Shown here: positions 11,764 through 23,694 of the stretch, one piece after another
Layout of the letters: the number at the start of each line of letters is the position of its first letter
Numbering within the stretch: position 1 is the first letter of the stretch
Source of the DNA: Girardia tigrina
Lineage: Eukaryota
Assembly: GCA_001938485.1 (NCBI GenBank)
Contig: MQRK01238124.1
Location: 5,376-69,375, forward strand
Direction: 5' to 3'
Length of the DNA stretch: 64,000 nucleotides
Notes under the pieces: generated by a model
Databases searched by the model: none
The model's input: only the letters and a program-made list of their open reading frames with translations
Told to the model about the DNA's origin: nothing
Position numbers and translations under genes: made by a program

Positions 11764-12899
11764 TATTTTTGTGTGACTTACTGAATTTCTCAGATTCGAT
11801 AGTTTTGGTTACTAATTTTTGCTCATGCGTGGTACTATGTAAACTCATTTAGCCATTAGAATGTCATGTGACGTACGTATACGGGCCATAAGGCGTAAGC
11901 AAAGAGAAATAGCTATTCATGCACCTTATGATGTACGTTATAGTGACAAAAAGTTTCAATTAAACAGTTTGAGGTTAAGTTTATTTTTCCCATTTCGAGT
12001 TAAACCTTTGTGTCAAATTACATGCGGTACATGGAATTACATGACAACAAAAAAATCCTATATGAAATGGATTATATTATAAAAGAACTTTTATGAAAGT
12101 AAGCGTTATAGACATGTTCCCTCTTCATAAAAAGTGTTTTATCTTAGAAAAGATTTTAAAATTTCATTAGTGTTTTCGGTTCTCATTACCCTGCGACATT
12201 GGCATAATGCAAACAAATTTTTGGCTGAAGTTGTTTAAGTGTTTTATAATATTTTCCAACCTATTCCAATCTAATGTTAATGCCATAACTTAAAAAAGAA
12301 GTATCATTTTGGGAGTGTCTTTATTCTAAAAAACTTTCCTATTTTATTCGTAGTACCACTGTAGGCGGCTTTCCAATAATTGTAGGATTTCAAAGGATAA
12401 CAATATCAAGTAATTATATTTGAATTCCACCCATTATTTTCCATCAAAATGTGATGTAGGATCATGAAAGATATGTTGGGACATAATTTGAAACATAGGA
12501 ATACCTATATAAGTTATTTTTGTATTACGTTTGATCCATTGTGTAACCTTTCAATATTGTACTTGTGTCATTCCAATGCAAATTATCTAATCAGAAAACT
12601 TCATACGACTTTCTTTCGTAAAATCATTTAATATATGAATTAAGAATTGACGTTATTCATAATTTTCTGAACAGAATTTCATTACATTTGTTAATTATTC
12701 CATGGAAATCTCTAAATAAATCAAAAAAAGATACGCCTTACCGGAATAACTGTTACTATATAAACTTAGAATTGATGCTAAAATGAATTTGTCATGAGGA
12801 AAATCAATGCTTAAAAAATAATATAAAAAAACGTTCTGTCCAATTTTAATACTATTTATTTAACCAATAGAGAAAATATGTAAATTGAGAAATATAAAC

Positions 12900-13950
12900 T
12901 AAACATCATTCGTCAGTGAATCTCAAATGTGGAAAATAATCACCTTTTAAAGTATACAAACCTTTTCAAGCATTCTGGAAATTGTTTTATGCCATTTTCA
13001 AAGAATTATTCAAGTTTTAAAGAGAATCACTTTTATAAAAATACCGTTAACCTCTTCAGCTGAGTGATGTGTTTTCCACCGAAACGAGATTTTCAGTGGA
13101 GTAAACAAGTTAAAGTCTGAATGGGCAAGGTCTGGGGAATATGGTGGATGCGTTATTAGTGTGAAACCGATCTAAGCTAGCTTATACGTGCTATATGCAG
13201 TCGAACATTATTGTGAAGGAAATTAAACTTTTAAAAACTGTTTCCACACAACCGCGCCTGCTGCATCGAATTGCATTTACGATTTCGTTCAACTGAGTTT
13301 TTGTAAAAGTCTAATGTTTTGTTTTCTCCTGAGGAAGTACATCACACATCAGAATTCCTTTCCCATCCTAAAAGAAATAGTTGAAAAATGCTTTTCTGCT
13401 GTCAAGCATCGATGAATTGATATTTTTAATTGATCACATGCACCGTACCAAGACCGTTCGTGCTAATATAGATTAGCATTGTTCCATTATACCCACACCT
13501 AATCCACCGTTATGAATTTGTATAGAAAGTCGTTCCGTTGGTGCAGGACCAAAACTTCGCCACATACCTTCATTGATGGCTTTATTTTCAACGGAGATAA
13601 AATGAGGTAGCATAAGTCCGCCACGAACTACTTTCACATTTTGTGGAAGTGTTGAAGTAATGTTATGTGAGACAACGACAGTTCTTTTGCCATATTATAA
13701 GATGTAGCAATTTTTTCATGTCAGGAACTCTTTGATTTGATCTTCTACATCTTCTTCAATCAATATTCACGTACGTTTCTCTTCATCATCAACGACGAAA
13801 TTATCAACAATGAATTTTGCAATTACTCACTATCAGTTTCTCACAGACAAAGTACCGGTACAAAGCATGGAGTCAATCTTCATCTCAATTGCTGGAGCAT
13901 GTAAAAGAGCTAACTGAAAACGTGTTTCAGTGAACTCTTTTAACGTAACA
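12900..13950 (-). mobile_element. Highly decayed mariner transposase
   Basis: FITVD*VWV, HNNVRLH, HPPYSPDLAHSDF on the minus strand. Confidence 0.8.
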
Positions 13951-15494
13951 AAAAAATAAAGATAAATATATATATATATAGAACTTTTATTTTTATACAA
14001 TATAAATAAACATATATATATATATATATATATATATAACAAAAAATCACATACGAGAGAGAGAATGGCACGGGTAAATTTCGGTTTCGATTAGTGTTTA
14101 TTGTTCTAAGGTTTCAAAGGAACGATAAAAAAACAAATGTATGTGCCATGTCACAACGACAAAGTGCATCACACACACACTAAAATCATATTACTATTAA
14201 ACGTAATTAAAGATAAAATAATGTTTACATAAAGAAAAATAAAAGCAAATATACACACAAAAAAAATTAAATTAAATATATGAAATAAGTAGGGCACTAC
14301 AGAGCACTCATTCCATCTTTCCACAAAAAATACGTCAGCTTTTTCAAGTTTTCACTTCACTTCTTTTTTTTCTTTTTCAGTTTTATTTATATTTAGAATT
14401 TATATATTACCTTTGTTGGTTAAATAAATATTATTTTCTATCGGACAAGACATTCGTTTGATCCTATATTTTATTAGGTCAAATTCATTTAATTAATTAT
14501 TTCAAATGATTTTAAATCTTTCAACTAAATTAAAATTCGTTCATTATAATGAATAACATCCTGGTTTTGTAAACGTTTCAAGGCACTTTTTATATTAAAA
14601 TTATGTCAATTAAATTAATTATACATTATCCAAATATGTAAATTGTTAATTTAATTATGTAAAAATATTTAAAAATATGAAAAATAGTTAAAAATATTTT
14701 TTAAAATTTTAAGAAAATTTTTTAAAAATCAGTAAAATTGTAAGAAAAATCATTTAATTAATAATCCATAAAAACTTTAATAATAATTTTCTGTCAATAT
14801 TTATATCCTTTTTAAATTTAACAGCAGTTATTAATTGATAATTAATTTAATTCATAATTCACTGAATTAATTATTTAGAAAATTTTAGATAATTAATTTT
14901 CCTTAATTAATAAGTATAAAATTAACATAATTCAAAAGTTTTGAGATTTATAGTTACTGCTACAATGTAGTAAAAATGCCAATACCAAACACGGAGGGTT
15001 CTTCAAATTATTTACAAATCTCATTTTCGTTATTTTTCTTGTGTCTAATTTGTTAACTAGTTTAGGTTTCGATACCCCTTTCCTTTATGTGAGAAATAAA
15101 GCTTAAGAACTCGGTACCCCGGTAACACAAGCAACGGCATTGTTGGTTAAATAAATAAAGCTTCTCCACCCAGCTTCTCCACCGTATTTCCCCATGGTAT
15201 TTGCATTAAAACCATTGTTTAAGGCGTTTGAATTTACGTCTTTCGGACTTAATTGATTGTTCATGTTTTCCAAATTATTGAAACTTGACTTTTGCACATC
15301 ATTATTGTATTGTCCATTTAAGTCATTATTGAATAGGCTCTTTCCATATAGTCCGCCACTATTTATGAGGATATTCATTGATCTTTTCAATGTTTTCAAT
15401 AAATTCTTTCGCCGCTTTGATTGCTCCAGTTTTTAAAGAACCAAGCTCTTGATCTGTATACACGATCAATCCACATTTATCTGAACAATAATCC

Positions 15495-15901
15495 GCTGCC
15501 CCAAACATGTGTAACATGTCATAAACGTAATTGGCGATTTATTTCAATTGATTTGGGTTTGATTTTCTAATGCCGAATTTTTTATGATAATTGATGATTG
15601 TACTAATCAGATTCCTCAAGACAAACATAGACTCTCGGGTGTTGATTGAGTCGGAAAGAGCCTGGTGGACCTTGTCGCGAGTACTGTCAAAGGAGTTCTT
15701 TAAATCGACATCTTCTATCAGTTCTCGGTTATCGTTGTGATCATGATACCGGATCGTATGGGAAATAGTGTAGAAGAAGTCAATCACCAGCTTCTCATAT
15801 CCAAGAGCCTCAGTCATGGTTTCATCACTATAATGGAGTGTATCTTTCCAGGATTGTAACAAGAACAAAAGACGCAATTGACGTGCCGAATGATTTTGTA
15901 G
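15495..15901 (-). pseudogene. CARS1: Cysteinyl-tRNA synthetase internal fragment
   Basis: HSARQLRLLFLLQSWKDTLHYS..TM..ALGYEK...FF; HQALSDSINTR; *IANYVYDMLHMFGA resemble eukaryotic cytosolic CysRS just after KMSKS; in-frame stop 15539-15541; no flanking exons seen. Confidence 0.85.
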
Positions 15902-16696
15902 ATGTACTTATAAATTTAGCATTTATAATTTTAAAAATTTGACTGTTTTGAGAAATGTTATTTTGGGAATAGCTGTTTTGTGGTATAGGCGTATGAAGTG
16001 GGAGTTTCCGTGGCGGTTCCCATTTGCAAAATAAACAAGGAAAAGACAGAATCGGATACAAAATTTATTGATCACAAAATAAATTTTACACGATTTTTCG
16101 GCAGTTCGCTCAAGGTTAAAAAATGTCTAAATTGGTTTGAATTTGTGATACTCGAATTATCTCCGTTGAAACATTAAAACAATTGTTTTCGTTTTTTATA
16201 TTTACATATTTAATTTCATGTGAAAAAATTCTAGGGTCGATTGATCCCGATATTCTTTGTGAAAAAAAACTTCTGGGAATTTTAATTTTGTAATTATTAA
16301 ATAGTTTTGCGACAACAAAAAAATAAAAGAAATTTAAATTACATTTGTAATAATATTTAAATTTGTGAAAATTTTAGCGTGGTTTGATTTTTTCTTGGAA
16401 ATGTTCACTACAGTGTAAAAATTCAATATATGAAACGGTGTTATTTACGACGCACGAAATTTTATCTGAACTATTTAATCTGTTTTAATATATGATTGCT
16501 CAGTAAAAAATATGAGGTTTTTTTCGACTCAGCTTGAAATGTCAAAAAAATATTAATGTCCTTGGAATGAAGAATATAATTGATACATTTAAACAAAATT
16601 AAAACATTTCAAGAAAACCATAAAATTTAAAAAATATATTTCTTATTTGTAAGTTCCCAGAAACCTTTACAACACCTTAATATCGGTGTTATGATA

Positions 16697-16946
16697 TTAG
16701 GTTGAGGAATAAGTTCCTGCCGTTTTTTGAATTTTTAATCAATTTTTAATCAATTGGTTGACTGAATTCTTCGAGTCAAGACCGGGTGATTTCTAACAAA
16801 GAGGCATTGAAAAACTCGTTGAACATTGGGAAGAAGTCGTGAACAATGGCGGAGATTATATTTGTGATTAATTTGTAGTAACTTTTTTGTTAAAAAATAA
16901 AATTTTAATTTTTCAAAAAACGGCGAGAACTTATTCCTCAACCCAA
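16697..16946 (+). mobile_element. Internally deleted mariner (250-bp MITE)
   Basis: ~35-bp TIRs TTAGGTTGAGGAATAAGTTC.../...GAACTTATTCCTCAACCCAA, TA TSD, transposase tail RGIEKLVEHWEEVVNNGGDY. Confidence 0.93.
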
Positions 16947-17152
16947 TATATTTAGCCATAATATATTTCGAAACTTCATCACTTTTGTCAGTTTACTAAT
17001 TAATTTTTTGATTTAGTTGTTAATAAAAGTCTTACATTTCGAACAGGTTAACCAAAGATTTAGCCACTGACCGGCTGATGAAGGTTGTCGTTAAAATATA
17101 TTATCGATAAATATATTAAGTCTCAAAGGATTTTAATTGAGAACAAATGTAC

Positions 17153-17223
17153 CTGTTGTAAGAGCGTTCTCCATTTCAAATTTCTACTGTTGAGATCTGA
17201 TGACGCTCTCTTATGACCAGAAG
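17153..17223 (-). CDS. Candidate internal exon of the secreted-protein gene starting at 22433
   Basis: AG/GT-bounded 71 nt, phase 1 to 0, (A)SGHKRASSDLNSRNLKWRTLLQQ. Confidence 0.35.
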
Positions 17224-19273
17224 CTATTATAAATATAACATTACAGATGATTATTAAAACAATATACAGTAAAAAAACATAAAGAACTTTATAAATAAGC
17301 TTTAATGGATTTGACTTCCAATCTTCAACATTTTCGAAGAATGTTTGAAACTGATAGACATATTTTGTTTTGGACGCTGTTTTCTTATCATTATGTTATT
17401 ATTATTAAGTCTTTCTATTAAGTCTTATTATTAAGTCTTACTCCATAATGAGGCGGAGTTCCATCATTTCGCCTTAAGCATTCTTGCTCTTTCTAACTAA
17501 TGATCAAAATTGACTTAAAAGTTTGTGAACATAATTGGCTCCTACAACTGTACTATCACAGCGCTATGGTCTAAAGATTTATTCAGACAACCTTTCCTAC
17601 AGTAACGAATAATTTACTTTTTTAATCATTTTTTTTAAGTTTTCAGATTTACATTCTCTTGTACCGATCTATTAATATGTGTAATAACCTCTCAATTTCG
17701 TTGTTAACAGTTGATTTTATTTATTTTTTGTGTGACCTTTTTCCTTTTATGTGTGTATACGTGAGTTGTACATACTCTGCAAACATGTGATGTGTAATTT
17801 ATTTAAATTTTATTTTTTGTTCATATTTTTATTTTTATTATTTTATTTCCAATTCTGGTGGAAGAAGCAGAAGAAAAGATAAAGAAGAAGGTCGAGAAAG
17901 AAAGAAATTATTAAAATTATTATTGCATGATTTCAATTTGAATTTTCAAATACAAATTGAAATCAATACAGCAATAATAATTTTAATCACAATGACGACA
18001 AAAATATTAACTGATCATTTCTCAGTTTTGGCTGATTATTAAATGGTGTGACGTCTCAGCTTTGATTTTGTATCAATTATCAACTCCTTACGTAACGTTT
18101 GAACAGACTTTTAATTAATCACTGAAATATTTAATCTGTATTGGCTGTTTCAGTTCAAATCTATCGAGAAATTAATTATTTGACAAATCATCGAGATTTT
18201 AGTATCCGTCTGTATATACATGTACGATTTCGTGAGTATCTGTTGGTGCAATTAAACCGTTAAGAGTTGAATTCAAAATTTTATTTTTTTGTTTATTTGT
18301 TGATTTATTTTTTTTTAAATTTACTCTAAACAGGTTCGTCAAACAAAACTTAGTTTGACTAACCTGGTTAGTCTCATCTTGTATTATAATAAAAAAAAGT
18401 AAGAGATTCACTCCTCTGAAGATACGTTATTCGAATTAGTTATTTATTTTTTACAATATGTATTAACTGTATTATGATAAATTTTTGTAAATTATTTTGT
18501 ACGCGATCAGAGAGTGTTTGAGTAATTTTCTTTGTGTATACTCGAAATAAAGTTTGTTAAAATTTTGTGTTTGACTTGGAAAGTGAAATTGTAAGGCTGA
18601 TTAAAGTAAAAACATCAATTTGCGAAGAAATCGAGATCGATATTGAACTAAATGATTAGATGGAGAAAGAATATACTCCACCTCAAGTGCAGCGACAGAG
18701 TAGTATCGGTAGATAACAGATACTACTAAGAACACCAATATGGGTTTTCACACATTTATTTTTATCGCAGTTTGAATTTTCTTTTGAACAATTCTCAGTC
18801 AGGCTTTCATAATTTGACACCTAGCTAAATTGATAATTTTAACAAGCAATTATTCAAACAATTTTTTTTGAAATTATTTTCAGATTTTATTTTCAAAATT
18901 CTACTTTTATAATTTGATTAATAACTTTATCTAAAAATTAATCTAATTTGCAAATGATTTTTTTAATCAAAAATATTTATTTAATAAATTTAAAATTATT
19001 TACTTTATCCAAAAATTTTTAATATTCATATTTTAACAGTTTTTACATATCTTATGTTCTAATTTAAAATGCAGATTATGCTCGAATGTTTGCATGCTAT
19101 ATGATGATTTAAGTATGTTGAGTTTAGAATGGTGATTCTCCCACCCAGATGGAAATTGGTATTTTTTTATAGGATTCTTCAAAACGTATGTAAATATAAA
19201 CTTACTAATAAAGTAATTTTATTTTTTTTCGAAATTCAAAACCCAATTTTATTAACTTTTTATGTGAGTTATA

Positions 19274-20609
19274 TGTTACATGTTAAATTTATTTCTTAAA
19301 TGAAATATTTAACATGCAAAAATATAGATAATTATTTGTTTAAATAATATCTATTTTCAAAGTATTGTTAGTGAAAAATAAATTTTATAGATTTGTGATT
19401 CGTTGTTACAAGCTATCCGGGCAATGATAAGCGATTTAAAAATTATACTCGATCATTTGGAGAAATTTAATGGAAACGGCAGTTTTGAAATTTGGAAGAA
19501 AAAGTTCAAGATGATTATGAAAATCCAGGGGATTTTGGATCCGGCCCCATATCTTCCATTTTTGTTGACTGATGTTCCTTTAAATATATACATGGAATTG
19601 GATGAAAAGAAACAGAGCAACTGTGATGAAGTACTGCAAATCTTGGACAATTCATTCGGATTAACCAGACGATCTGCGTACAGCCAACTGATTAATTTGA
19701 AATATTACGAAGGACAAGACTTGCAGCGGATGTCACAAAATTTGATCAACAAAAATTCTTAAGTATCATTGATTGTGGACCCTCTCGATTTGCAATATGG
19801 AAACTAATCAAAGCTGAGGATGACAAGTCGATTGTTACAGAGTTTTCAAATTTGTTCTGCGAGCGTGGATCTCCAAAGGAGTTGATTATTGACAATTATA
19901 CGACATTTCATTCAACCGAATTCAGCAAGTTGATGGAAAAGTGGAATGTACATGTCCTATACCGCGCTATTAATCGACCAAATTGCATCGAAATAATAGA
20001 GAGAAATCATAAGACAATCAAGAGAATTGCGTCTCGATCGAATATCAGTATCATGGAAGCATTATGGTGGTATAACAATACACCATCCGACGGAAAGAAT
20101 ACACCTCGTTCAGTACTNNNNNNNNNNNNNNNNNNNNNNNNNNNNNNNNNNNNNNNNNNNNNNNNNNNNNNNNNNNNNNNNNNNNNNNNNNNNNNNNNNN
20201 NNNNNNNNNNNNNNNNNNNNNNNNNNNNNNNNNNNNNNNNNNNNNNNNNNNNNNNNNNNNNNNNNNNNNNNNNNNNNNNNNNNNNNNNNNNNNNNNNNNN
20301 NNNNNNNNNNNNNNNNNNNNNNNNNNNNNNNNNNNNNNNNNNNNNNNNNNNNNNNNNNNNNNNNNNNNNNNNNNNNNNNNNNNNNNNNNNNNNNNNNNNN
20401 NNNNNNNNNNNNNNNNNNNNNNNNNNNNNNNNNNNNNNNNNNNNNNNNNNNNNNNNNNNNNNNNNNNNNNNNNNNNNNNNNNNNNNNNNATTTCTTAAAT
20501 GAAATATTTAACATGAAAAAATATAGATAATTATTTGTTTAAATAATATCTATTTTCAAAGTATTGTTAGTGAAAAATAAATTTTATAGATTTGTGATTC
20601 GTTGTTACG
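19274..20609 (+). mobile_element. Internally deleted short-LTR retrotransposon (gag N-terminus joined to integrase core)
   Basis: 137-bp 5' LTR 19274-19410, repeated at 20490-20609; gag ATG 19424; integrase LAADVT..DCGPSRF..DNY..ERNHKTIKR from ~19717. Confidence 0.9.
19411..19422 (+). promoter_or_regulatory. Non-canonical primer-binding site complementary to tRNA-Lys(UUU) nt 1-12
   Basis: AGCTATCCGGGC immediately after the LTR terminal CA; reverse complement GCCCGGATAGCT. Confidence 0.7.
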
Positions 20610-21248
20610 AATTATGTGAGTTATATTATCTTTATTAAAAAAACTAAATAAAAAAATTAGTTTTAGTAAAGTAATAACAAACGAGATAATTAGAAAATCA
20701 TTTTAAGAAATATAAATCAATTTTAATAAACAAAAAATATATTTTATTTATTATTTGTAATAAATATTTTGTTATTATTAATGTGATAAATCAAAGGAAC
20801 ATTGACAGACATTCATTATTTAGACAAACCAACCAAATGTTGTTCAATTTAAAATTTAAAATGACAGGTCTTCCAAAAATCGATAGTCTGAGAAGCAAAA
20901 GAATGTATGGATCAATGGGATCACAGAATCGATAACGTCTCGGGAAAATATTTAAATCATACCAGTTAAATATACAAACACATTTAATGTCTCAAAATAA
21001 TAAAATAATTAAATAAAACATAATTTTTCATAGGATTTTTTTCGATATTTTCATCATCATCTGAAACTCAGAAATATATAATTTTATAAAATAATGTTAA
21101 ACTAAAGGTAAATTTATATTTGATTATTTTGTGACTGTAACTATATGTTTCTTAATCAGAAACGATCATATGTTTTCATGAAAATAATTATAAATAATAT
21201 TAAATGATTATTCTCATGACTTAATTATATTATTCATTTTAAACATAC

Positions 21249-21568
21249 TTAATATTGACGCTGCCGAACTCACCCCATTTTGGATGTTAGTCATTGGTTA
21301 TAGTGTCTCATTAATAATGATTCACAACAAAACATTCCATAATGTGAATCGAAGTAATTTATACGATTAGAAAACTCATCATTTTAAATTGATGAGTTTT
21401 TATCCTTACAAAAACTGAAATGAATGTTCACAGATGAGTCGATCGAGTGAGATTATAAATCATTACAGTTTTTTCAAGGAGTGAACCTTATCCATTTCAC
21501 ATGATGACTTTTCTCATATTCATTAATCAACATCCAAAATGGGAAGAGTAAAGCAGCGTCAATATTAA
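21249..21568. mobile_element. MITE with ~40-bp imperfect TIRs
   Basis: TTAATATTGACGCTGC..ACTC..CCCATTTTGGATGTT / AACATCCAAAATGGG..GAGT..GCAGCGTCAATATTAA. Confidence 0.8.
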
Positions 21569-21664
21569 ATATCTTTAATTTTTTTTCAGAAAAAAATCAA
21601 ATCGAAACATTGTAATTTATATCTTTTCTACTATTTGCCGATAAATTATTTACAATATTATAAT

Positions 21665-22120
21665 TATGAGGGGTTAGTTTAAATTTAAGTTTCGCAAAAA
21701 TAGTTTATTATTTTTTTTAATTTGAAAATTTAAAAGAAATAAATTAAAAAATTAAAATGTAGAGTAAAAATATGATAAACAAAATACTTATTTAAAATAT
21801 ACTTACAGTAATAACAATTGATGTATTTTAATAAAAGTTATGAAATAAGTTTAAATAAATTTTAAAATAAATTGATATTTTATTGATATTTTAAGAAACA
21901 TTTTTTTTAATAAAATGGTTTATTGTAAATTTAAATTAATTAGTTTTTTTATGATAAAGTTTCGTAAAAAATGTAAAATTATTTTAAGGTATAAATTACG
22001 CAAATTTTGAAAATTTAATCGAAAAAATTTAATGGTGAAATTTTGGGTGAAATAATTTAATTAATAAGAAATTTGTTTAAATGTGTGAATTGTTGATATT
22101 AATAAATTCTGTGGCATAAA
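21665..22120 (+). repeat. Dispersed ~450-bp repeat (possible LTR); second copy ~43949-44410
   Basis: Colinear similarity from ATGAG.GGTTAGTTTAAA to AATAAATT.TGTGG. Confidence 0.8.
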
Positions 22121-22269
22121 CGCTACTTACATCAATTTTGTACATCATTTTTTAAATTTAACTAATTTTAAGGGAAAATGTTTGAACTCATTTTTATTAT
22201 TCTTATTTTAAATAAAATATTATTTCGAATTTTAAATTGTTACTAGAAATAATAAAAGAATCTCCTTAC

Positions 22270-22433
22270 CTTGCAAACATGTATAAAGGTTTGAGTAACC
22301 ATCGCAAATAATTGAATCGGCTAAACAAAAAATAATTAAACAAAAAATATTATTTTATTTTTTTACCTTGAACCGTACTCAAATCAATTGTAAAACAAAT
22401 AAAAATCAAATGAAACAGTAAATTTTCGTACAT
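22270..22433 (-). CDS. First two exons of an unannotated secreted-protein gene
   Basis: Exon 22433-22367 MYENLLFHLIFICFTIDLSTVQ(A), signal-peptide-like; 46-nt GT-AG intron; 51-nt exon 22320-22270 DSIICDGYSNLYTCLQ followed by GTAAGG donor; both introns phase 1. Confidence 0.65.
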
Positions 22434-23089
22434 CTTTAATAAATAATGCAATTTTTCCACATTTATATATCACTTTACCATTTTTGCTAATATTCCATTG
22501 TTTGCTTTCCCATTTGCCATCAGATATTTTTCACGGGGCAGCCAATGGCAGTCAATGGAAAAATAAAATTTAATAAATCAAATAATTTTCTAAATTAAAA
22601 TACAATTTTTTTGAAGCTTGTAAATTATTTAAGATTTAATTTGGCTGTGAAACTTTAAATAAAACGAGAAATTATAAATAAATTGTTTGTAATACAACTG
22701 AAAAATGAGTCAAAGTGGTTGAAACAATTTATTGTAATTCAAGAAATTACCAATTATTTAATATTTCAACAATTTAATTTTCCTTATTTTGAACTTCACT
22801 CTATTAATATTTTATTGGCAAATATAACCTATCAACCATTCAATACTCTGAGACTTTCGGTGACTTGGATATTTCAAAACTGTTTGGTGTGATGTAAGGA
22901 ATCAAATATGTTGTTCAGCCTTTTTGAAGACTCTTTTTGTGACTCTATTAGATTGTTTCAAAAGTAATGCAGGTTTTTGAACCTAAACTGTAAAAAATGC
23001 AACTCTGCACAGAATAAACTTTAATAATCGAAATAAAAACCATCAGAATCAATACATTTTTGCCAATGAGAAACAAGTTTATTGATGCT

Positions 23090-23285
23090 CCTAGTTTTGG
23101 ATGCAATGAAAGCGTTAAAGGCGTCTTTGGCGTCGTCTTGGTTTTTGAACATTTTTCCTGGAGGAAGTTGTCCAGATGCTTGAAAAAATGTTAGTCGGTG
23201 GGCGAGAGGTCCGGTGAGTAGGGTGGATGAGGCAGAGTTTGGTAGCCAAATTCGTTTAGCTTCTGTAAGGTCGGTTTTGGATTAG
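23090..23285 (-). mobile_element. Mariner C-terminal fragment
   Basis: TLPHPPYSPDLSPTD*HFFKHLDNFL. Confidence 0.88.
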
Positions 23286-23694
23286 CTTTCAATACACAAA
23301 CTGTTTTCGATTTATCTGAGAGGAAACTTTGAACTTTAGATGTGACAGAGACTACTTTATAGAACAATAAGTAGTAAGTTTCTATTTTCCTCAATCGTGT
23401 TTTACCAATCTTTTGTTTAATATCTTATATTATCCAGCTCATAGTAAACAGAACCATCTAATGTTATACACTTCTACAATATCATTTCTGCTGGGTTAAA
23501 TCCAATGGTAATTCTAGATAATTACATCATGCTATATAAAAATTCAATATTCCTTTCGACTAACCTTATCTACACACTACGCTCTATCATTATATGCAAA
23601 AATTAGCATTTGCGTACCCTGTGAGACACTTTGTATTTGTATATGTGTACTATGTCTTTAAATATTAAGTAATAGAAATTAATATTGATTTTTA

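Noticed and set aside
17195-17225. CTGATGA...GAAG hammerhead
   Set aside because: No stem II pairing; better explained as the antisense of a candidate exon
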